A stretch of 64,000 nucleotides of DNA from Batkoa obscura. Lineage: Eukaryota. Below the pieces are notes generated by a model. It was not told the origin of the DNA. It searched no databases and saw nothing but the letters and a program-made list of their open reading frames with translations. The translations under genes were made by a program, and so were the position numbers. Of the stretch, positions 49,410-60,046 are shown one piece after another (position 1 is the stretch's first letter; each line of letters starts with the position of its first letter). The stretch lies in the NCBI GenBank assembly GCA_030770535.1, contig JASVEC010000021.1:248001-312000 (forward strand), read 5' to 3'.

Positions 49410-51006
49410 ATGCTAACAACAAACCGGAATATAAAACAAAAAGAAGTGGATAGTTCTTCTGAGTTAAATCTTAAAGATGCCTGTAAAGAACTAAGTTTTA
49501 TTTTGAATTTGTCATGGCCTATTGTTTTGGACGAATTTCTTAGCTCCTCTCCAATGATATATAATATGAGAATAGCGGGTTTATTGGGAACTTATGAGTT
49601 GGCAGCATCTACTTTAAGTATGACTACATTTCTTATATTTGCCTTATCACCCTTATTGGGCACTTTGACCGGCTTAGAAACATTACAGTCTCAAGCAATT
49701 ACTGCTTCAAGACATCCAAAGTGGGTTGGGATCTTAGCTCAAAGAGCTATCCTTATTATCCTTGCTTTATTTATACCCATCTTTATTTTTTGTTGTAATT
49801 TTGAATCCATCTTGTTGTTTTTAGGACAAGAAAAAGAGATTTCAAAGTTAGCTGGAAAGTACATGTTTTATTTTTTCCCTTGTGTCCCACTATTGGCTTT
49901 AAATGAGGTGATTAAACGCTTCATGATAATTCAAGGTTAGCATATATTAATTCATTGTAATCATAAGTTCATTTTTTAATATACAGGCATAACTAAACCT
50001 TCATTAATAATATCTATCATTGTCATGCCTATTCATATTTGTTTAGTTTCATTTGCTACTGATACTAGTGGCTTAAACCTTGGTTTAATTGGAATCCCAC
50101 TTACTATGATGATTATTGGTTCAATTCGACTGGTGCTATTACTCTTTTCAGTAAAGATAACAGGCGCTGACTACTACTTTGATGGTTTCAGTAAGGAAGC
50201 TTTTAAAGATTGGTTTCCATTCATGAAGATTGCCTTGCCAGGTATGATTATGGTTGCCGGTGCTGTTTGGCCCATTGAATTTATCTCATTTTTAGTTTCT
50301 TATTTTGGACCTGCACCATTATCTGCTCAAGCTATTATTGGGGTATCGTACCAAGTCTTTGCTTTGATTTTAGTTCCTTTAGCCTTAGGATCCTCTGTTC
50401 GTGTAGGCAACCTTTTAGGATCTAGTTTATTATTCAAAGCTAGACTAAATGCCAGGGTAGTATTACTATTGGCTGTAGTACTTGGACTTTTCTTCAATTT
50501 TATATTATTTTATTTCCGTGCCAATTTCATTCAGTTCTTTTCAAGAGATGAGCAAGTGTATTTAATTGCTGATAAAATACTAGCTGTTGTGTCATTTGGA
50601 TTGGTAATATAATTGTATATATAATTTGGGAATCTTTAATCAATTAATTATTTAGACTTTTTATTCTATTGCTACTTTATCTGGAGCAATATTGAGAGGT
50701 CAAGGAAAACAAAGTATTGGTGCTTTTTTCAAATTAAGTGGATGTTATCTTGTTTCTATCCCACTTGGATGGTACCTGGCTATTAAGTTTGAGCTTGGTT
50801 TGTTAGGTTTATGGGTAGGCGTAGTTGTATCTTGGATTTACTGTGCTATTGGTGAAGCATATTATGTTTTAACTACAGATTGGAGAGAAGAGATTAGGCT
50901 ATGTCATTCTCGTATCCCTGATGCTGAAATCCCAGCACTAAATAATGATTTTGATCCTTTAACCAATTATGGTACTATTCCTAGTGATCCTGCTGTTGCT
51001 GTGTAA
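49410..51006 (+). CDS. MATE family efflux transporter, copy B (exons 49410-49935, 49987-50603, 50656-51006)
   Basis: Same motifs and intron positions as copy A, in inverted orientation. Confidence 0.93.
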
Positions 51007-51489
51007 TTTTCATTTCCTAATAAATCATTTGCCTCAAAGTTATAGCTTAAAGGAAGTATCTTTTTGTTTGTACTAAATAACACTAAGGCTCTTGAGCTTT
51101 TAAGAACTTTCTTTTATACAAAAACTAAAGTCTAAGAGTAATTATTCCTCATAAAGTAGTGTTAAATTTGAATGTATAGAAGCATTTAATACTCAATGCT
51201 ATTGTTAACTTCCAATATTAATACTCTTTCCTTTTATTATTATTCATTAGATGTTTAAAGTTAGTAAATCATTTGACTGTGTGAAAATGATCAAATTGAT
51301 GATTAAACTTTTCTGCACCCTCCCATAGATAAATCAATTGATTTGTTAGCATTATTTCATCTTTTCAGGTTATATTCACAAATAATAAGGTCTAGTTTGT
51401 ACAATTATTTATGAACTAGGTTAATCTTTTTAGTAAAAATTTAACGACACTCAAAAAATTAACACATTATGCTAGTAAAAGTGAAAAAT

Positions 51490-51690
51490 GTGTACTATTT
51501 TCACCTATGGCTTATGCACTTTACAAAAAAAAGTGAACATTGTGTAAAAAAAATCTGCACATTCTTATAAATGCAAAAAATTTAACCTTGAGTTATGTGA
51601 GATTGCGCAGATTTTCTTCAACCAAATGGCAAAATTTTTATTACAATTTTTTTTGTAAAAGTGCATAAAGCTATAAGTGAATTAATGTAT
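51490..51690. repeat. ~200-bp imperfect inverted repeat (foldback/MITE-like)
   Basis: TTCACCTATGGCTTATGCACTTTACAAAAAAAA pairs with TTTTTTTTGTAAAAGTGCATAAAGCTATAAGTGAA; inner AAAATCTGCACA pairs with TGCGCAGATTTT. Confidence 0.7.
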
Positions 51691-52288
51691 ATAGAAATCA
51701 AAATAATTTAATCCAAGTTTTGTTTTGTTATCAATATAAAACGGTCTGTTTTGATAAAGGTGAGAAGAGAAAGTACTTCTCCAAAGGCCTTTGAATTAAT
51801 GAAGTTATATAAGCTTGAAAGCGACTCAATAGACAGAAAATGTCAATACTATATTGAAAGAATATTTTTCAAAGCCGAATTAGATAAACAATTTCAAATG
51901 GTTAGACAAAATTTATATGGAATACTTTTGCTTTTTGTTAAATTTGTAATTATCTTTATAAGTTCATTTAATACCATTATAGAAAAAAATATTGTAAGAA
52001 TTTGTTTAAATCTTTATTAGTAAATGTTTAAATTTGCTTCATTTAACTACAAATAAGATTCGATAAAATTGTAATATTCCTCAACTTAAATAAAATTTAT
52101 TAGGGAGTTTAAATAAATATAAGACCGACATTTATACAAAAAAGCTCATGTTAATCCTATTATTTCCGAGTTTGTACTATATTAATTATAATAATAAACT
52201 GCGCTTGATCCATTTTAAAGGTTGAATGACTTAATAGTAGACTATAAAATGAAGAAATTTTATCTTTCTTTTTTAAAAAAAATTCAAA

Positions 52289-53905
52289 ATGATAGAAAAA
52301 TCCGAGGTGAATGAAGCTTTTGATATCAAACCTTATGAATTAGATAAGAAAGGAATCGCAGAAATGAACCCAGAAGCGAGTCCCGAAAACCCTATGGACC
52401 CAATTAATAACTTGACTCCCTTTAAAAAAGGGGCCTTGGTTTTTGGTTTAGTACTGTCTATCTTCATAGCTTCTTTAGATAACACAATCATATCTACAGC
52501 AATGGCAAAGATTGTGTCTGAATTTAGTGCCTTAGACTTGGTCACTTGGGTGGCAGGTTCATACCTATTGACTTCTACCGCAATCCAACCATTATATGGC
52601 AAATTATCTGATATATTTGGTAGGAAATATACAGTTTTATTTGCTTTATTTATATTTACTGTTGGATCTATTGTTTGTGGAGCTGCCCCAAACATGATTA
52701 CTTTGATTATATTTCGTGCTATAAGTGGTTTGGGTGGTGGTGGCCTCTATTCTCTATCAATCATTATAATATCAGATATTATCCCACCTAGAATACGTGG
52801 TATTTTCCTTGCTTTCGCAGGTGGTATATATGCAATCGCATCAGTTATAGGACCTTTGGTTGGTGGTGCTTTTTCAGATAAAATAACTTGGCGTTGGGCT
52901 TTTTACATTAATGTTCCTATATGTGCTATCACTTTTATCATCGTTTTCTTTTTCTTGAACTTACCAATACCTAAAGGTAGTATGAAAGAAAAACTTAGTA
53001 GAGTGGATTTTTATGGTGCAATTACGTTGATGTGCTTTACAATATGTTTAGTACTTGGACTTACCTGGGGCGGTAGTGAATATGAATGGAGTTCAGCACC
53101 TGTGATTGTGACTTTAGTACTTGCTGGACTATTTTTAATATTGTTTATATACGTTGAAGCTAAAGTTGCTAAAGAACCTATAATACCAGGTCGAGTATTA
53201 AACCGCAATACTATTTCAGCTAATGTATCTGCCTTCTTTATTGGTGCTTTGTTTATGGTATCTGTTTACTACTTGCCCATCTATTACCAAGTAGTAAAAA
53301 ACTATGATGCTACTAGTTCAGGTTTAGAGCTATTACCACTTATGCTTGGTGCCGTAGCTTGTAATTTTGTCACTGGTATCATTACTACTAAAACTGGCAA
53401 ATATCGCTTTTTGTCTGTCATTGGAGGCATCTTTCTTATTGTTGGGGCAGCCCTCTATGGATCCCTTTATAGATTAAGTATTACACGTGGAGAAGAAATT
53501 GTATATGCGTTAATTTTAGGATTTGGAGTTGGCTTATGCTTCCAAAATAACGTTATGATTGTACAAGTAGCTTCCACGGATGATGATATAGCTGTTTCAA
53601 CTTCTTTGGTTTTCTTTAACAATCTTTTAGGATCTTTGGTTGGTTTGGCTATTCAAGGTTCTATCTTTAATAATTATTTGGCTAGTACATTACATCAATT
53701 ATTACCCGAGATGGATACAAAATTAATATTGGGCTCGGTTAATACGATTCATTCATTATCTAAAGACCAATTAGATCTAGTTTTATATGGTTACATTGAA
53801 TCATTCAAAATCCTTTACCTTTCAATGATTCCTTATGCTGCTATTGCTTTTATTACTTCTCTATTCCTCAAACATATCCCTGTGAGAGGACATGAAAAAT
53901 CTTGA
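52289..53905 (+). CDS. MFS drug:H+ antiporter, DHA2 (14-TMS) family
   Basis: Intronless 538 aa; SLDNTIISTA, YGKLSDIFGRK (motif A), LIIFRAISGLGGGG, IGPLVGG, WRWAFYINVP. Confidence 0.95.
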   Translation: MIEKSEVNEAFDIKPYELDKKGIAEMNPEASPENPMDPINNLTPFKKGALVFGLVLSIFIASLDNTIISTAMAKIVSEFSALDLVTWVAGSYLLTSTAIQPLYGKLSDIFGRKYTVLFALFIFTVGSIVCGAAPNMITLIIFRAISGLGGGGLYSLSIIIISDIIPPRIRGIFLAFAGGIYAIASVIGPLVGGAFSDKITWRWAFYINVPICAITFIIVFFFLNLPIPKGSMKEKLSRVDFYGAITLMCFTICLVLGLTWGGSEYEWSSAPVIVTLVLAGLFLILFIYVEAKVAKEPIIPGRVLNRNTISANVSAFFIGALFMVSVYYLPIYYQVVKNYDATSSGLELLPLMLGAVACNFVTGIITTKTGKYRFLSVIGGIFLIVGAALYGSLYRLSITRGEEIVYALILGFGVGLCFQNNVMIVQVASTDDDIAVSTSLVFFNNLLGSLVGLAIQGSIFNNYLASTLHQLLPEMDTKLILGSVNTIHSLSKDQLDLVLYGYIESFKILYLSMIPYAAIAFITSLFLKHIPVRGHEKS

Positions 53906-54457
53906 TAGTTTTATTTATTTAAAAGTTTGAATTTTGTGTATAATAAAAATATATTAAGAGTAGTATTATTTTTGCTTTATTTTGAGCTTTTATAAAAACA
54001 AATAGCAATAAATAAATAAATAATTTTATTAAAAAGATACAGTACAAATGAAATAAAACAGAGTATCATTTTTTGTTTAAAGATTATATTAACAGTTCTT
54101 ACATTCAATAGCACTTAAGAAGTTGAAAAATAAATGAAATCAAAAAAATTCCTTAAATGTTGCTACACTTCCTAATTAATAGCTTTATTCAAAGCAAAAA
54201 CAATACTTTTAAATAAGATCAGATAATGTTATAATTATTTAATTATTACTATAAATAAACTAAAAAGTAGTATTATTCAATAATGTCTTACCAATACAAT
54301 TATTTCTAAATAAATTCAACAAAGCATTTTATTCATTTATAATTGCTATAATATATCATATCACCAACCAAATCAGTTTTCAAGATAAAAGTTCCATTTC
54401 TTAACATGAAAGACATAAATTTCAACCTTCATACTGTTAGTTTAAAAGTTGAGGTTG

Positions 54458-54563
54458 ATATGAGGATGTATTTTGGTGTTTAAGAACTTTACTAACAAAT
54501 TTTCCGCTTAAATAGTACTTAAAAAATGGAAAAAGTAATGAAGTTAAAAAAACACTCCCATAT
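54458..54563 (+). mobile_element. MITE family 1 copy
   Basis: ATAT-GAGGATGTATTTT...AAAACACTCCC-ATAT. Confidence 0.85.
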
Positions 54564-54629
54564 ATTGCTTTTATAAGCTTCTATAAAATAATATCAAAAA
54601 TTTATAAATAATTTCAAATATAGGTATTG

Positions 54630-54770
54630 TTTTAACTGCTTATATTAAGACATTTAGAACCCTTTACCTTCCAATGACTCCTTATACCGCAATGATTTTT
54701 ATTACCTTTCTATTTCTTAAACATATTCTTTTGAAAGGACATGAAAAACTTTAATAGATTTTTATTTACT
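54630..54770 (+). pseudogene. 3' relic of a tandem MFS paralogue
   Basis: Translates YIKTFRTLYLPMTPYTAMIFITFLFLKHILLKGHEKL*, matching the MFS C-terminus YIESFKILYLSMIPYAAIAFITSLFLKHIPVRGHEKS*; similarity continues into the 3' UTR. Confidence 0.85.
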
Positions 54771-56295
54771 TGAGAAACTCAAGTCTTACTTAACAACAAA
54801 GGATCATGAAAAGCAATATAACTCTTAAGTTGGATTTTATTATTTGATATATTTGAAACATAAAATATATGTTTTCAAGCTTTATATCGTTGATGGATGG
54901 GTTATAATTTGCTTTCCTTATTTTTGGTGTTAAGGATCTACCTAACATTATCTTGTATATCTAAAACTCAAAGGAAATTGATTAACTAAAATTAGATTGC
55001 TTTTTTAAACTCATATTGTTTAAAAGTTGCTAGTTTCGAATGTAAAATTTTCAAAGTTAACCACCTATCATGCTTTTAAAACCCAGGTTATCTTATTAAA
55101 AACTTTGGCCTTAAGGGGCTAATTTGTCGATATAACAAAGGTACCAAAACAAACTAAAACTATTTATATCCCTCAGAAAGAGATTTACAGCTTTTGGTAC
55201 TGGATTTAACGTATTTATTAAAACAAGATCTTTGTTTGATATGATAATTTCTCTTACAATAAAAAGTTCGAGAAGAAAATCCAGATTTTTAAATTGCATA
55301 AATTTGTAAAATAGTAAAAATAAAAAAAATTATAACATTGTTTTTATTAGTTTCGGCTTAATTAAATTCTTTTATAATTTAACTAAAGTACCGTTAAATA
55401 TTTTTACAAAGAATACCATTCAATTTAACATAAAGAAAGTGTAAAACAGAAAGGAATAAGGCTGTAGTTTTTTTTAATTTTTATAAAAAGGAAACTTAAA
55501 TAATAAATTAAGAAAATTTCATCATTTTAAAAAAGTGGATATTTAAAAATAAATTTAATCAACACATGTTAAGAGCAAAGCAAGTTCTTTATAAAAGCAA
55601 AACTTGATTTTAGTTGTCTCACTTATTTTTCCTTGAACCAAGCAATTTGAAACAGGGGTAATTAAGTGCTTAACTACCGAAGTTTAAAGAAACTTAGACT
55701 TAATTAATTGAAGAAATAAAAGGTAGTTGTTTGACCATTTTGACTATTGAAACTGTTATTTTTTTATAAAAGAAACCCGCTTAATAATCCCATAGTTAAT
55801 TTTTTGGTCATTTTTAGTTAAATTATTAAAGTTTGATTAATATTTTAAGCTCATATTGACCTTAAAGCAAGGATGACTTAATAATTGTAGCTTTTTTAAG
55901 GAATAGCAATGGATTAGTGCTTGATTTCTTAGCGGAAGAAATTTTTTAATAACAATTAATATAGTATAAAGAATAAATTATATAATCTTAGAATAACTAG
56001 ATTATTAGGAGCATCTGATTAGTTGAGTTCAAAAGTTGATTCTGAATTGATTGGCTTAAACTGAAATTTATTAAATTAATAGTTGAAAAAATTATCAATT
56101 GGCAAGCAACCACCAATTAAAACCTGTCTTGAACCAGTTTATGATTAGCTAAATTAGGTAATTTTCTTCCCTAAGTTTCTAAGCTTTGGTTACTTGGTAA
56201 AGAATAGTTCAACTCGGATAAATAAATACAGCAATTGGGCTCAAAAGCAACTTAATACTTTTCTTTCTTTTTTATAATTTTTTAAAAAAACGCAA

Positions 56296-56961
56296 ATGGT
56301 CGAATTAAACATCTCAAGAGATAGCGATGACACATTGCTTTCAAGCATAAGTCAAGACAAAGAATTTGAAGGTTATCTGATGTTCCGTAAAAAACAAGCA
56401 TTTTCACGTACCTGGAAAAGACGATTTATAGTGTTTAGGGCTCCCTATTTATGGGTTTATGATTCTCCAAGCGATAAAAAGTTTTTGTATCAGTTTGATC
56501 TGTCTTCTTATGATAGTTGCTCCAATGATCCAACAAACAAAAAGTCCATTTTTGGGATCGTTATTTTTGCTTCTAGGCTATCTTTACAACCTACAACTTC
56601 AAGCCACTATCCTATAATACATCTATGTGCTTCAGATGACCAACAATATTCTCAATTTATGAAAGTGATCAATGAATTTATAAACAATAAAAAAGAAGAA
56701 GCCATTGATAGAATAACGGGAAGAGTCACTTCATTACACTTACCAACATCACCTAATCATTTAATTAATACTATAGACACCTTATCCTCATCTTCATCTT
56801 CATCTAGAATGTCCTCAATCAGTAGTATTTCAGAAGACAAATTTTACTCCCAAGGCAATCAATCAGCGTTTGAATTTAAATATCAAAATGGATTGAATTC
56901 GTCCTCCCCCTATAACCGTCGACCATGTCATTCGTACCGTAAGAATTCAGTACATTATTAG
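56296..56961 (+). CDS. PH-domain protein with Ser-rich tail
   Basis: FEGYLMFRKK...TWKRRFIVFR..YLWVY, FGIVI, HLCASDDQQYSQFMKVI fit a PH fold; the terminal Trp is replaced by Phe. Confidence 0.8.
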   Translation: MVELNISRDSDDTLLSSISQDKEFEGYLMFRKKQAFSRTWKRRFIVFRAPYLWVYDSPSDKKFLYQFDLSSYDSCSNDPTNKKSIFGIVIFASRLSLQPTTSSHYPIIHLCASDDQQYSQFMKVINEFINNKKEEAIDRITGRVTSLHLPTSPNHLINTIDTLSSSSSSSRMSSISSISEDKFYSQGNQSAFEFKYQNGLNSSSPYNRRPCHSYRKNSVHY

Positions 56962-58812
56962 TTTGGGATATTATATATTACCTTTAACTTATTTTAAAAA
57001 GCATATCTTTTTATTCTTCATGTACCTTATTTCGATTTCATAAATAATTTAATATTAGTCAATAAATCTTAGAGTTTTAATGTAGAATTTAAGTATTAAT
57101 TTTTAATAACTATGGTGTTGTCCTTTGAATTTTGAGATTTGTTATAGTGGATGTTACTATATTTATTATAATTATAATTAATAAGCCTACAATATAGAGG
57201 CTTTTTTCTGTTTTTCAACCGCAGTTTATGGTAAATATTGGACTTTAACAGTATTATGAAAGAATGAAGTAGATTCTTTAAAGAGTGTTTATAATGTAAC
57301 TTGTATGGTATAAACTGTGTTACCAGAGTTATGAATAGTTTCCAGCTATGAACTCATAAATTCTAAAATTAAAATTTTTAAGATCAATTAATTACCAGCT
57401 TCTAATTAGAACTTGAAAGTTCAAATTTAAATTGCTATATTTAGTAAGGGGTTGGCTACAAGTTTACTCATAAGTCAATCTTCTCAAAGTTACATGTTAT
57501 AATATTTGATTTGTTGAATAAATAGTTGTACTATTTTCTTGAATTCAATTCAATAATGGTTTTTCGAATTTTTAGTACAAGAGGTCTATCTTTATTATTA
57601 CTCCTGACTTTATTATTTATTCAAAATTGAATTTATTCTTAAAGTTAGAATTCTAGCTACTTGTTTTTTCTACTTAAATTATAGTTTACATTTTTGTTTG
57701 TATTTTTGGCTCTTTTGGTCACTTATTGTATTATTATGTAAATGATACAACCCAGAACTTAAACTTGAGCAAACTTAGATTTAAGAACTATAAATTGATT
57801 TAGAGACAAATTAAATTGAGATAGAATTCAACCTATTGCTTAAAAGCGCATCCAACACATTGTAAAACAATAGTCGAGACAGTCGAGGATACGGAAGATA
57901 TATATGTTTACATAAACTATTTGGCGTAGAAAGTAAAAATAACACTTAAAATAATACTATTTCAATAAACTTCCCATATGACTAAAAATAAAAATGATGT
58001 AAAAGTGCACAAAAATCAATTCATGGTACTGACTATCCACATTATAAATAAGGACGGAGGTATTGCCTTTTTGGAAGCTTATAATAGTTATACTCTAACT
58101 TTATAATAGATTTACTCAAATCGATTTGAATATGTTCTTTTCTCTTGTTGTAGTAAGATATTTTTATATAGTGTGAAGTAGATTTAATGGATGATATAAG
58201 ATAGTACCTAGACAGCTAGCATTTGTGTTACCACATAATGGATTAACTTTTAAATTTTAATAGTGGAAGATTCATAAAAAGAAAATATATAATAAAACAA
58301 TAATAGTGATTTATATATTTATAACTACCTGGTGCTTCTTTATCAATAATCCAGCATTTAAAAAAATGCACAGAATTAGAAATACAAGTATAGAATTTAT
58401 ATTATTTGATAATTATTTATTATGCTTTGCATTGAAGTTGTAAAGTTTGATCAATTTTAAATTCATTAAATTCATTAAATAAATACATTAAAGCTACTCA
58501 AGCTAATAGTATCAATGTACCCACTTGATGTGCTATTGGCTGTATTAACAATTCTATAGGCTTTATTTAACAAATTTATATTGTTTTAGTTACTGAAACT
58601 ATTTATGTTGAATTTGCTATTAATATTACTAAGTATGGAATGAAAATTAAAGAATTTAAATATATCAATAATATATTTTATTCTGTTCTTCAATACCCAT
58701 ATCCACTTATACTAAGCTATTATTTAATATTATAAAAATGGCTGTTCAGTTTATATATTTATTAATAATATTAATAAATTAGTTTATTTTTCAAAATTAT
58801 TCTCATTTATTG

Positions 58813-58902
58813 ATATGGGGATGTGTTTTTCTGTTTAAGAATTTTTCCAATTTTTCCACTCAAATAGCACTTAAAAAATGAAGTGATGAAGCTAAAACAT
58901 AT
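58813..58902 (+). mobile_element. MITE family 1 copy with damaged right end
   Basis: ATAT-GGGGATGTGTTTT...CAAATAGCACTTAAAA...GAAGCTAAAAC-ATAT. Confidence 0.8.
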
Positions 58903-59021
58903 TAATTTAAGTTTATAGCTCATAGTTTTCATCAATTTCCATGAACGATATTATAATGAAATAAATAATAAGGATATAAACCTAAATTAATAATAGTGTT
59001 AAACGTACATGTATTTTTAAT

Positions 59022-59296
59022 ATATGGGAATGTTTTTTTAACGATTACTCTTTTTACTACTTTTTCAAATTTAAAAATTAAACTAATCCAGTTGTCCAAG
59101 TTCACATAGGTACTGATTAGTGATAAATTTTATAGTTGGGTATGTGTATTATGCCAAGCTGTTGCTTGATGCTTGATTTTTTATTATAAAATGAACAGTT
59201 AGCCAGTACATATCCAAGTTTGGACAGTTATAATAGTTATTAATTTTTAAAATTTAAAAAGAACCAAAAATAGATAATTGGTAGATATCCCCAATA
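59022..59296. mobile_element. Long-TIR foldback element, family 2, copy 2
   Basis: ATAT-GGGAATGTTTTT ... GATATCCCC; shares AAAATGAACAGTTAG.CAGTA and arm sequence with 33381-33640. Confidence 0.6.
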
Positions 59297-59371
59297 TATA
59301 TTTGAATCTAATATTTGAATAATAAACATGTTACTTTTATATAAAAATACATTAATAATCAATAAATAAAC

Positions 59372-59475
59372 ATATAGAGATGGATTTTTTGTTTAAGAGT
59401 TGTCCTAACAATCTTTCTGGTCAAATAGCGCTTAAAAATGGAAAAAGTAATGAAATAAAAAAAATATCCCCATAT
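59372..59475 (+). mobile_element. MITE family 1 copy
   Basis: ATAT-AGAGATGGATTTT...CAAATAGCGCTTAAAAATGG...ATATCCCC-ATAT. Confidence 0.82.
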
Positions 59476-59518
59476 GATAAAATAGTTTTAATTTTAATTT
59501 TTAATCATTTCAGTTATC

Positions 59519-59626
59519 AAATGGGGATGTATTTTATTGTTTAAGAATTTGACTAACAATTTTTCCACTCAAATAGTGCTTGAAAGATAGAAAAAGTGAT
59601 GGAGCCAAAAAAAAACATCCTCAAAT
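59519..59626 (+). mobile_element. MITE family 1 copy with AAAT target duplication
   Basis: AAAT-GGGGATGTATTTT...AAAAACATCCTC-AAAT. Confidence 0.87.
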
Positions 59627-60046
59627 ACTTTCTTATTAACCGAAGCCTTGTATTTCTAATGAGTCTATAATAAGATGTTTATAAAGGTTCACACTTTACC
59701 AATTTATCTTTTATACTTGTATTTTTAATGTTTTCTCCAATCAATACAAATGTAACTGACAAATAGGAGAAAGGGTATTGCCTCTGCTTCCTATTTTTTC
59801 AAAAATAAAAGATAAATAACCCACTTTATCAAAAAAAGTCTGCTGACTTTGTTCCTTAAGTTAATGTTTGTTAAAGTATTTAGTATCTGTTGTTTTAATT
59901 ACAATTAAAGTCATTACTACTCTCAGAGAGAGTTTTTTTATCAAATTTGTAAAAGACAATTAAATAGTGTAAACAAAATTATATATAAAGCATATTGCTA
60001 AATCAACTTATAGCAATAAAATAAAATGTTTATTTTAACAAGCAAC

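Noticed and set aside
57150..58500. Possible decayed LRR-type gene on the minus strand
   Set aside because: Only isolated Leu-rich words and many stops; not distinguishable from AT-rich intergenic DNA
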